A stretch of 64,000 nt of DNA. It comes from a virus. Below, one piece after another: positions 1 to 8,090 of the stretch (its first letter is position 1; each line of letters starts with the position of its first letter). The notes under the pieces are model-generated. The model saw only the letters and a list, made by a program, of their open reading frames with translations. It did not search any database and had not been told where the DNA came from. The stretch lies in the IMG/VR virus record IMGVR_UViG_3300003323_000790, positions 1 to 64,000 of that record. One strand, written 5' to 3'. A program made the position numbers and the translations under genes.

Positions 1-31
1 CTCCACCTCCCATACCTCCGGAGACACCATA

Positions 32-259
32 ATGGAAATCCACCACCTCACCCGCCGCCACCCAACACAGACCTCCGTGGGCGACATCATCGTATTGTCC
101 GGCCAAGACGACGACGGCACCGTGCCGGGCAAGTTCACCGTCGCCCAGATCGGCGGTCCCATCTACGACGGGCAGGCGTTCTACGAGCTGACGCTCGTCG
201 GCCACGACAAGACCGACACGGCCGGCATGATCCAGACCATCTGGGTCGAAGCGAAATAA
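32..259 (+). CDS. hypothetical early protein
   Basis: 75-aa ORF, GGAG SD upstream, codon usage matches neighbours. Confidence 0.7.
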   Translation: MEIHHLTRRHPTQTSVGDIIVLSGQDDDGTVPGKFTVAQIGGPIYDGQAFYELTLVGHDKTDTAGMIQTIWVEAK

Positions 260-287
260 TTTAACCACCCCACTGAAAGGAAATACC

Positions 288-686
288 GTGAGCTACGAGA
301 ATCCACGCATCACCCTGACTGACTCGATCATGTCGGCCGTCATTAAAATGTCCGACGGCAATCCGGGCGCCGTCACTGTGCTGACCCAGATCCTGAATCA
401 GGGCGCGGCTATCGATCCGGACGACGCCTTCGGCGCACTCGGCGCTCTCCTGTCCCTGGACACCGAGGATATTTACGGCAGCCGTATCTGGATGCTGTAC
501 AAAGACGTCGCCAACCATAACCTGGTCGACATGCTGGGCTTGCTGCGTGCTGTGCAGCTGGGCTTCTTGGGCAGCGCACAGCTGCAGCACGCTATCGACA
601 ACGGCGCACCGGAAGAAGGCTGGGTCGAGCACTGGGTCGGCAAGGTGAAAGAGCGCCTGCCAGCTTTTGGCCGCGTACCAGCTTAA
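288..686 (+). CDS. conserved phage hypothetical protein
   Basis: AAAGGA SD; MSDGNPGA...IYGSRIWMLYKD pattern typical of phage hypotheticals. Confidence 0.8.
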   Translation: MSYENPRITLTDSIMSAVIKMSDGNPGAVTVLTQILNQGAAIDPDDAFGALGALLSLDTEDIYGSRIWMLYKDVANHNLVDMLGLLRAVQLGFLGSAQLQHAIDNGAPEEGWVEHWVGKVKERLPAFGRVPA

Positions 687-712
687 ACAACCACCCACTG
701 AAAGGAAGTACC

Positions 713-1042
713 ATGCTGAACCAAAACGTAGTTGTCGCCAGCGACGCAAGCCCGTCCCTCATCGCCAAGCTGGCCTCCAAGGGTGTCAATGTGATCAGCG
801 CCGGCCTGAGCCTCGCGGCCGCCTCCTTGGGCCAAGCGCCGAAGGTCAAGCAGCAGAACAAGTGCAACCAGCGCAAGCCTGATCCGGTGCAAGACGCCGC
901 GATCGCACAGCACAACTACCCAATCGAACTGAAGCGGCAAGCCAAGAAAGCCGCCAGCAAGAACATCGGCAAGCACAGCGTCTCGGCGCGCCAGGCCAAG
1001 AAAGTGCGCAAGCTGCTGAAGCTGCACAACGTCCAGGCCTAA
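713..1042 (+). CDS. basic hypothetical protein
   Basis: AAAGGA SD, 109 aa, Lys-rich C-terminus. Confidence 0.7.
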   Translation: MLNQNVVVASDASPSLIAKLASKGVNVISAGLSLAAASLGQAPKVKQQNKCNQRKPDPVQDAAIAQHNYPIELKRQAKKAASKNIGKHSVSARQAKKVRKLLKLHNVQA

Positions 1043-1085
1043 CAACCACCGGCGGCCGCGAGACCGCCCTCACGAAAGCAAAATC

Positions 1086-1448
1086 ATGACCCTGAACCTC
1101 AAAGACCCTGTCACCACGCAGGACGGCACGCCTGTCACCCTCATCTGCAGCGGCCGCGACGAGAACTATCCGGTGATGGGCTACATCGGCGACGCCACGA
1201 CCCTCTCGTTCTGGGATGCCGAAGGCGGCCACAACTCCAGCAATCCCCACCTTGACCTGAAGAACCTGCCGATCAGTGGCGAGGTGTGGGTGGTGGTCTT
1301 GGCTGACGGCACAGCTCTGTACGTAACGGAGGATGGCGCCCGCAGTACGGGAATCCGCATCTCTGCAACTCCGGCGCTGCCCCAGATCAAAGCCGTCATC
1401 CGCCTGCCCTACAGCGTCGAGGCGGGCCACAACGACCTGGAGCCTTGA
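1086..1448 (+). CDS. hypothetical protein
   Basis: 120-aa ORF within co-oriented gene run. Confidence 0.7.
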   Translation: MTLNLKDPVTTQDGTPVTLICSGRDENYPVMGYIGDATTLSFWDAEGGHNSSNPHLDLKNLPISGEVWVVVLADGTALYVTEDGARSTGIRISATPALPQIKAVIRLPYSVEAGHNDLEP

Positions 1449-1453
1449 TCATC

Positions 1454-1654
1454 ATGACACTCGACCAAATCAAACAGGCCGTCTTGGGCGGCAAGGCTGT
1501 CTACGTGGGCAACGAAGCCTACGAGGTGCGGCACAACAACGGCCAGTGGCTCATCGTCTGCACCATCAACAACGACGCCATCGGCCTCACCTGGAAAGAC
1601 GGCGTCACCCTGAACGGCAAGCCGGAAGACTTCTTCGTGAAGGAAGGGCCATGA
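1454..1654 (+). CDS. hypothetical protein
   Basis: MTLDQIK start; ATGA overlap with next gene. Confidence 0.7.
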   Translation: MTLDQIKQAVLGGKAVYVGNEAYEVRHNNGQWLIVCTINNDAIGLTWKDGVTLNGKPEDFFVKEGP

Positions 1655-2010
1655 GCGACAAATTCACCAAGATGCTGGAAGCCGCCGAGAAGCGCGCCAA
1701 GCGCATCAGAGAAAAGGCAGACGAGCAGGTGCGACTTGCACACATCGAACAGGCCGATGCAATGGTCGCCCTGTTCCAAGAGCTGCTAGCCGAGCGCGAC
1801 CTCAACGACACGACGCTCACCTTGCGGAAGATCGACGACTCTACAGCGCACGTCTACATGGACGGCAGTCTGTGGGTCAAGATCGACTGGGTAGTTACGC
1901 GGAATCCAGCAGCGCGAGACACGATCGACTGGATTGATGCCCAGCTGTACGCACCTTGGGTACTGTACATTCCCGACAATACCATCCTCAACCCTCCGAA
2001 GGAGAAATAA
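1651..2010 (+). CDS. hypothetical protein
   Basis: Start reassigned to ATG 1651 (MSDKF) after AAGGAAGG; coupled to upstream stop. Confidence 0.7.
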   Translation: MSDKFTKMLEAAEKRAKRIREKADEQVRLAHIEQADAMVALFQELLAERDLNDTTLTLRKIDDSTAHVYMDGSLWVKIDWVVTRNPAARDTIDWIDAQLYAPWVLYIPDNTILNPPKEK

Positions 2011-2011
2011 C

Positions 2012-2398
2012 ATGATTCTCGCTACCCTCGCCTGCCAAGCGGCTATTCTGGCCAGCTTTGCGCAAGCCAAAGAAAACGCACTGCAAGCCTACCCGCAGCA
2101 TGCAGAGCAGATTCACGCCATCAAGGCCGCGCTGGCGTCCGTTCCGGACGGCTTCAACGCGCAAGTGGTCTACGGTGGCGCCAAGCCCAAGCTGCCCAAG
2201 AGCTGGGGTTACGTGCCGGTCGACTATATCCACCGGGTGACCTACGACGCCGACAAGCTGTGCGCTCTGCCGGAAGACGAGCGTAACCGTATCGTGCGGC
2301 ACGAGATTGGCCACGTATTGGCCCACCTGGACAAGGCCGACACCGTCAACGAAGAGGCCATGGCCGACGCCTACGGCGCCACGCTGGAGGCACCATGA
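2012..2398 (+). CDS. HExxH metallopeptidase-like protein
   Basis: AGGAG SD; IVRHEIGH motif followed by EEAMAD. Confidence 0.6.
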   Translation: MILATLACQAAILASFAQAKENALQAYPQHAEQIHAIKAALASVPDGFNAQVVYGGAKPKLPKSWGYVPVDYIHRVTYDADKLCALPEDERNRIVRHEIGHVLAHLDKADTVNEEAMADAYGATLEAP

Positions 2399-2787
2399 AC
2401 GACCAACTCCAACAGGCCTTGGCCACCATCCTCAACAACACGATCAATGCCGTGCAAGCCGGCGTCAGCTTCCTCTCGGAACAGCTGCCCGACGTCATCC
2501 GTCAGTTGCTGCTCTGGCATGCTGTGCGCAGCGGCGTGTTCTTCACCCTGTATCTGGTGCTGAGCATTGTCTGCGCCGTGCTGGGCTACAAGGGCATCAA
2601 GAAGGCGCTGTCCGATGACAGCTCCGACGGTGACACGGACTTCATTATCTTCCTGTGCGGCGGGATTTCGCTGGTTGGTTCAGTGATCTTTATGTGTCTC
2701 GTTTTCCATACCATCGAATGGCTCCAGATCATCGTCGCCCCGAAGCTGTACCTGATTGAATACGCAGCCAGTCTGGTGAAGAAATGA
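2395..2787 (+). CDS. membrane protein
   Basis: Two hydrophobic segments; GGAGG SD; coupled overlap. Confidence 0.75.
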   Translation: MNDQLQQALATILNNTINAVQAGVSFLSEQLPDVIRQLLLWHAVRSGVFFTLYLVLSIVCAVLGYKGIKKALSDDSSDGDTDFIIFLCGGISLVGSVIFMCLVFHTIEWLQIIVAPKLYLIEYAASLVKK

Positions 2788-3014
2788 ACTTCCAACAAAT
2801 AGCCGAAGCGGCCGACGTGATCAGCGCGGCCTACAAGGAGCTGGAGCAAGCGAAGACCACCAACGTGCGGCTCCAGGATGAAGTAAATCTCACCGAGCAG
2901 CTGCTGGTGAATCTGGTCCACTCTCTGCACGGGCCGTCGGCCAGCCCAGACAAAGTGGTGGAGGCGCTAAACGCGGCACTCAGCCATCTTGCACAAAGAG
3001 GAGTTGGAACATGA
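2784..3014 (+). CDS. hypothetical protein
   Basis: ATGA overlaps at both ends. Confidence 0.65.
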   Translation: MNFQQIAEAADVISAAYKELEQAKTTNVRLQDEVNLTEQLLVNLVHSLHGPSASPDKVVEALNAALSHLAQRGVGT

Positions 3015-3148
3015 CCCACAACCAAGCAGCCACCCTGACCGCCGTTGCGGGCTTCGCAGCCGCAGCCTATCTGGGGACACACGACAACCTGTTTCTGGCC
3101 TTTATGTGCCTCCTCGCCGCCCTGAACATCAATCTCAAGGACAAATAA
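3011..3148 (+). CDS. small hydrophobic protein (45 aa, not in ORF track)
   Basis: GAGGAG SD; MTHNQAATLTAVAGFAAAAYLG...; fills the gap exactly. Confidence 0.6.
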   Translation: MTHNQAATLTAVAGFAAAAYLGTHDNLFLAFMCLLAALNINLKDK

Positions 3149-3149
3149 C

Positions 3150-3404
3150 GTGAACGACAAATTCTACCGCGACACCAAAGAAAACGACCTGCTAGACCTG
3201 CTGATCGATAAGCTACGCTTGAAGAACGACGCCGCCCTCTGCCGCGCGCTGGAAGTGGCACCGCCCGTCGTCTCCAAGATCCGCCATGGCCGGCTGCCAG
3301 TAGGCGACACCATCCTGCTAAGGATGCACGAAATCAGCGACATCCCGCTGCGCAAACTGAAAGAACTGCTGGGCCGCGCCAGCTTGGCCTGCCTTACCAA
3401 ATAA
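3150..3404 (+). CDS. small HTH DNA-binding protein
   Basis: LKNDAALCRALEVAPPVVSKIRHGRLPVG is an XRE-like HTH; resembles a family I recall from Oxalobacteraceae chromosomes. Confidence 0.75.
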   Translation: MNDKFYRDTKENDLLDLLIDKLRLKNDAALCRALEVAPPVVSKIRHGRLPVGDTILLRMHEISDIPLRKLKELLGRASLACLTK

Positions 3405-3415
3405 GGAGACTCGCC

Positions 3416-3922
3416 ATGGGCCTCAGTATTTTCGCGTTCACCAAACTGCAGCCACTGCCGGCTGACCAGCGACAAGCCGTCGACGACGGCGAGATTGACG
3501 GCGTGACATTCTACGATAACCTGGATTTCACCGGCCGTGCAGAAGGTGTTAATTGCGCTCTCGCGTACGTGGAACAGGAGCCGTTTCCGGTCGCCGGCAT
3601 GAGCTACGGCCGCTACGCTAACTGGCGCAACTGGCTGGCCCAAGCCTTGGGCTATCCGCAAGCTACCGGCGGAGGCTACCATCCACCCATGCACATCTAC
3701 GGCATGCTGCGAGATGCCGCCGTGGGTGCGCCGTTTATCGAGCTGGTGTACTTCTCCGACTGCGAGGGCACAATCGGTCCAGTCGTCAGCGCCAAGTTGG
3801 CCAAAGACTTCGACGACTTCGCCGGCAAGCTGGAAGGTGATGCGCGCCAGCTGCACGTCTACGAACAATTCCGCAAGGGCTTTCACTTGGCCGCCGACGG
3901 CGGCGCCGTGAAGTTCACCTAA
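3416..3922 (+). CDS. conserved phage hypothetical protein
   Basis: TAAGGAG SD; FxELVYFSDCEGTIG pattern. Confidence 0.8.
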   Translation: MGLSIFAFTKLQPLPADQRQAVDDGEIDGVTFYDNLDFTGRAEGVNCALAYVEQEPFPVAGMSYGRYANWRNWLAQALGYPQATGGGYHPPMHIYGMLRDAAVGAPFIELVYFSDCEGTIGPVVSAKLAKDFDDFAGKLEGDARQLHVYEQFRKGFHLAADGGAVKFT

Positions 3923-3941
3923 ATCTGAAAGGAGCCACATC

Positions 3942-4445
3942 ATGAATAAAGAAATCCGACTGGGCGTCTACGCCAAGTGCAAACTGACTGACTTCGAAGG
4001 CACCCTGGCCTCCAAGACCGAGATCCTCGGCGGTGCCACACAATACTGCGTGCAGCCGGCGCGCACCGCCAAACTCGAACCGGGCAAGATGCCCGACGGC
4101 ATGAATATCGACTGGCAGAGCCTGGAATATATCAACGATGGCGTCAGCGACGAAGCGGTCGACACCACGCCCGACGATATCGGCCTCGACTGCAAGGTGA
4201 CCGATCGCATTACCGGCCTGAAAGGCACTACGACGCGCCGCATCACATTCCTCAACGGCTGCGTGTACTACACCGTCCAGCCGCCCGGCTACACCAACAA
4301 GGAGACCGGCGCCTTCGTCGTTCCGGACGGCGTGTTCCTGCACCGCGACGTGCTGGTTCCGGACCAGCAGGTGGAAAAGGCGCAGCCGGCGCCAGTAAAG
4401 CGCGCCAACCCCGGCGGCCCGATGCGCCGGCCTGACCAGCGCTGA
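3942..4445 (+). CDS. hypothetical protein with internal duplication
   Basis: Two similar halves (LTDFEGT...QYCVQP and ITGLKGT...YYTVQP); AAAGGAG SD. Confidence 0.75.
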   Translation: MNKEIRLGVYAKCKLTDFEGTLASKTEILGGATQYCVQPARTAKLEPGKMPDGMNIDWQSLEYINDGVSDEAVDTTPDDIGLDCKVTDRITGLKGTTTRRITFLNGCVYYTVQPPGYTNKETGAFVVPDGVFLHRDVLVPDQQVEKAQPAPVKRANPGGPMRRPDQR

Positions 4446-4447
4446 TC

Positions 4448-4621
4448 ATGAAACGCCGCACCTCCAAGGCCGAGCTGAAGCGACGGGCCAAAAACGTCGG
4501 CATCCCTGACCACCTGCTTGCACAGGCACAAGCTGTGCAGGCCGGCCACGCGCCAGCCAAGCCCAAGCTCTCACCCTTGGCCTTGAGTGTGGCCTCTTAC
4601 CTGAAAGGAAAGAAAGCATGA
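4448..4621 (+). CDS. small basic protein (57 aa, not in ORF track)
   Basis: MKRRTSKAELKRRAK...; ATGA overlap with 4618. Confidence 0.5.
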   Translation: MKRRTSKAELKRRAKNVGIPDHLLAQAQAVQAGHAPAKPKLSPLALSVASYLKGKKA

Positions 4622-4848
4622 GCAAAGAACTCAATCGACCCTCTGTATCTCCTGCCGTACTGAAGGCCGTCGAGGCAGCATGGGCAGACCAAGCAAAGAA
4701 TCTTCCAGGTCCGCACAGTCCCGTCTATCGAAAGGCCGAAGCGACTTTCTTCAGCGGCGCAATCGCAGCCTTTGAAGCACAGGGCATGAGCCTAAACACC
4801 AGCTGGGTGCTCAAGATCCTGTCGAGCCAGAACGTAGTATCTGCTTGA
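4618..4848 (+). CDS. hypothetical protein
   Basis: 76-aa ORF, AAAGGA SD. Confidence 0.65.
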   Translation: MSKELNRPSVSPAVLKAVEAAWADQAKNLPGPHSPVYRKAEATFFSGAIAAFEAQGMSLNTSWVLKILSSQNVVSA

Positions 4849-4874
4849 CATGCACTGGTCGGTGGCGAGATACT
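4845..4874 (+). promoter_or_regulatory. sigma70-like promoter
   Basis: TTGACA-N18-GATACT directly upstream of structured RNA element A. Confidence 0.55.
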
Positions 4875-4879
4875 ACGTC

Positions 4880-5031
4880 ATCGGCTGGTAACCGATCCTT
4901 CTGCAGTGTCACATCATAGTTTTCTCTGTCCTCCCTGCTCGCTTTCATGGGAGACGCTTTGTCACTGCCAAGGCGATATCTTGGTCGGCTTTACCACCCG
5001 GCTGTGAGCTGGGAGGCCAGAGAAAATTATG
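4880..5031 (+). ncRNA. structured RNA element, copy A (leader of HNH gene)
   Basis: Long stem 4915-4942/5004-5031; loops TGGTAA (4886) and TTACCA (4991) complementary; GCAGTG (4903)/CACTGC (4963); same architecture as 11474-11636. Confidence 0.75.
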
Positions 5032-5598
5032 TCGATCAATGACTTCAAGTACCGCGACGGTTTATGGGCGTACTCTGCCCGGCTGCCTAACACCAAACGA
5101 GTCACTCTCACCTACGCCGGTAATGCTTGGCATGGAGTACAGGCAAGGTGCCTGCCTCACGCGGCAGGCCCTGCGCCGCGTCAGTGCGGCTTCGCTGATT
5201 TTCAGCAATTTGCTGAGTGGTTCGTGCGGCAGCCCGCCTACAGCTTTCCCGGCGGCGCAGATTTAGATAAAGACCTGCTCTACCAAGGCAATACACTCTA
5301 CTCTCCGGAGACCTGCTTGTTGCTACCTCCAGAGATCAACGGGTTTGTGGTGTATAAGCCACCCGGACAAAAGGGACTCCCGCCCGGCGTATCAAAGCGG
5401 CCAGGACGCAGCTATGAGTCGCGAATTTGTGAATTCCGAGAGCGGCGGTTAGTAGGTAAATTTAAGAGCGCGGAAGCAGCACATGCCGCGTACCGAGAAG
5501 CCAAAATGCAGCGAGCTGCGCAGCTAGTGGCAAAGTACGCAGAGTACCTGCCAGCAGCCGCGATAGAGGCTTTGTTGAACTACCACACGAGAGTCTGA
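5029..5598 (+). CDS. HNH-like homing endonuclease with AP2-like C-terminus
   Basis: FADFQQFAEW...LDKDLL...YSPETC..PPEIN; LPPGV...GKFKSAEAAHAAY; lower GC than neighbours. Confidence 0.8.
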   Translation: MSINDFKYRDGLWAYSARLPNTKRVTLTYAGNAWHGVQARCLPHAAGPAPRQCGFADFQQFAEWFVRQPAYSFPGGADLDKDLLYQGNTLYSPETCLLLPPEINGFVVYKPPGQKGLPPGVSKRPGRSYESRICEFRERRLVGKFKSAEAAHAAYREAKMQRAAQLVAKYAEYLPAAAIEALLNYHTRV

Positions 5599-5642
5599 TT
5601 AGTCTCAGTGAGGGAGCTAATTTTCTTTAAAGGACCCACACC

Positions 5643-5951
5643 ATGACCAACTGCAAAGTAGGCGACCTTGCCATCTGCCGCGACGACGGAGCCTTAGTCG
5701 AGGTCAAGAGCTGGTTCGGCGCGGCGTACGAGTACACTGACCTGTGGCACGTGCTGCTTTTGTCCGGTACACCGGCCAGCCGTGATGGCTACTACGGCGG
5801 CACCCTCTACAAAGAGGGAGACCGCTTGCCGCCCGGCACGACGGCGCTTGTGCCCGACCACGAGCTCACGCCACTCCCCGGCGACCTCACCGACATCGAA
5901 GAGCACACCGAAGCGCCCACCCACCATACCAAAGAAGTATCACTCACCTAA
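5643..5951 (+). CDS. hypothetical protein
   Basis: AAAGGA SD; NCKVGDLA start. Confidence 0.7.
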   Translation: MTNCKVGDLAICRDDGALVEVKSWFGAAYEYTDLWHVLLLSGTPASRDGYYGGTLYKEGDRLPPGTTALVPDHELTPLPGDLTDIEEHTEAPTHHTKEVSLT

Positions 5952-5963
5952 AGGAGCACCAGC

Positions 5964-8042
5964 ATGTCCGATTTCAAGCAGTTTTCCCAAGCAGTACACC
6001 AGCGCTATGAGATGATGGCCAAGCACGAGCTGTTTGTCGTCGATATTGACGGCGACGCCCTGTACGCAGCCTACCTGAGCGCCTTCCCGCCTGGTACCAA
6101 CCCGATCTTCCGCGAGCGCACCGAGCACGACTGCAGCTGCTGCAAGAACTTCATCCGCAACCTGGGCCGCGTCGTGGCCGTCATCGACGGCGAGCTGCAC
6201 ACGGTGTGGGATATCGATCCGAGCCGCGTGTCGGCCACCTACGCCGCCGTAGCTCGCGCTATGTCCGTCGCCGTCGCCAGCAAGAACATCGTCGACTTGT
6301 ACCGCTCCAAGGAGCGCAGCTACGGCGCCGAGACCAGCAAGGAAACCCGCACCAACGAAGGCGGCACCTACATCCACACCTGGAACCACTTCCACGGCAA
6401 GGTGCACAACAAGCACTTCAGCGTCACGCCCGGCCAGGTCACCGGCGAATACGCCAGCAGCGTGCAGGTGCTCAAGCGCGGCTTGGAAGAGCTGAAGCCA
6501 GAAGCCTTCACCGACGTGCTGGACCTGATCAACTCGAACAGCCTGTACCGCGGCGCCGAGCACCTGAGAGCTATGTCGGCCTTCCGCAAACTGCAAGCCG
6601 AATACCTGGCCACGCCGGGAGTAATGCGCGACATGTTCATCTGGTCCAAGGCCAGCCACCCGGCCGCCCGCTTCCGCAACACCGTGATCGGCACCCTGCT
6701 GACCGACTTGTCGGACGGTGTCGAGATGGAAAAGGCGGTCAAGTCGTTCGAGCAGAAGGTGGCGCCGGAAAACTACAAGCGCCCGTCGGCTCTGATCACG
6801 CCGCGCATGGTCGAAGACGCGATGAAGACCATTCTCGAGCTGGGCCTGGAGCCAGCACTGGAGCGCCGCATGGCGCGCCTGTCCGACGTCTCGGTCAACG
6901 ATGTGCTGTGGGTGGACAATGCCGCCGGCGCCAAGATGAAGGGCGGCCTGGAATCCTTGCTGCTGGACGCAGCGGCCAAGCCGACCTTCGATCCGAAGCA
7001 TGTCGAAGATATCTCGATCGACGACTTCATGGCCAAGGTGCTGCCGCAGGCTTCCGCCATCGATCTGGTGGTGCGCAACAGCCAGCAGGGCAACTTCGTC
7101 ACGCTGAGCGCGCCGGTCCACGAGAACGTCGAGCAGCTGTTCAAGTGGAAGAACAACTTCGCGTGGAGCTATTCGGGCGACATGGCCGACAGCGCGCTGC
7201 GCCAGAAAGTACAGGCCGCCGGCGGCCGTGTGGACGGCGTGCTGCGCTTCTCCCATACCTGGAACTACAGCAAGCGCAACGCCAGCCTGATGGACTTGCA
7301 CGTCTTCCTGCCGGGCTCGACGCAGCACCGCGACGGCGTCCACGACAACTACCCGCACGGCCAGCGCGTCGGCTGGAATCAGCGCAGCGATGCGCGTTCC
7401 GGCGGTGTGCAGGACGTCGACTACACGGCGGCGGCGCCGGCCGGCTACGTGCCGGTCGAGAACATCACCTTCCCGACGATGGACAAGCTGGCCGAAGGCA
7501 CCTATACCTTCAAGATACATAACTGGCGCTTCCGCGCACCGACCGAAGGCGGCTTCAAGGCCGAGATCGAATTCGGCGGCCAGGTGTTCGAGTATGAGCA
7601 CGTCGAGCCGCTGCGCGACAAGCAGTGGGTGACGGTGGCTACGGCCGACTTGAAAGACGGCGTGTTCACGATCGACCATAAGCTGCCGGCCTCGACCAAC
7701 AGCCGCCAAGTGTGGGGCGTCCACACCGAGACGCCGACCAAGGTGGCGACCATCATGAAGTCGCCCAACCACTGGGACGGTGAGAAGACGGGCAATCTCC
7801 ACTGGATCTTTGTCTTGGACGGCTGCCGCAATCCGGAGGGTTGCCGAGGACTATTCAACGAATACCTTCGGGCAGACCTTGAGCCACACCGTAAAGTATT
7901 TGAGGTGCTGGCAAGCAAGACAAAGTGTGCGCCTTCGGAAGTGCAAATTTCCGGGGTGGGATTTTCGTCTACCCGCAAGGATAAGGTGCTCGTATCCGTC
8001 GATGGTAAGCGAGGGAAAAAGACGTACTTGATTCAATTCTAG
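5964..8042 (+). CDS. large conserved phage protein (692 aa)
   Basis: AAAGGAG SD; HDCSCCKNF cysteine motif; strong codon bias; function unknown. Confidence 0.85.
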   Translation: MSDFKQFSQAVHQRYEMMAKHELFVVDIDGDALYAAYLSAFPPGTNPIFRERTEHDCSCCKNFIRNLGRVVAVIDGELHTVWDIDPSRVSATYAAVARAMSVAVASKNIVDLYRSKERSYGAETSKETRTNEGGTYIHTWNHFHGKVHNKHFSVTPGQVTGEYASSVQVLKRGLEELKPEAFTDVLDLINSNSLYRGAEHLRAMSAFRKLQAEYLATPGVMRDMFIWSKASHPAARFRNTVIGTLLTDLSDGVEMEKAVKSFEQKVAPENYKRPSALITPRMVEDAMKTILELGLEPALERRMARLSDVSVNDVLWVDNAAGAKMKGGLESLLLDAAAKPTFDPKHVEDISIDDFMAKVLPQASAIDLVVRNSQQGNFVTLSAPVHENVEQLFKWKNNFAWSYSGDMADSALRQKVQAAGGRVDGVLRFSHTWNYSKRNASLMDLHVFLPGSTQHRDGVHDNYPHGQRVGWNQRSDARSGGVQDVDYTAAAPAGYVPVENITFPTMDKLAEGTYTFKIHNWRFRAPTEGGFKAEIEFGGQVFEYEHVEPLRDKQWVTVATADLKDGVFTIDHKLPASTNSRQVWGVHTETPTKVATIMKSPNHWDGEKTGNLHWIFVLDGCRNPEGCRGLFNEYLRADLEPHRKVFEVLASKTKCAPSEVQISGVGFSSTRKDKVLVSVDGKRGKKTYLIQF

Positions 8043-8068
8043 ACAGGAACTAGTTATTCGTGTAGCCT
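8040..8068 (+). promoter_or_regulatory. sigma70-like promoter for HNH gene
   Basis: TAGACA-N17-TAGCCT followed by GGAGG SD. Confidence 0.45.
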
Positions 8069-8090
8069 TCAAGCAATTAACGGAGGTTGT

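Noticed and set aside
4960-5016. Twister-ribozyme resemblance in RNA element A
   Set aside because: The conserved twister core (UAA, CCC/GAGGG pseudoknot) is absent and copy B does not share the resemblance.
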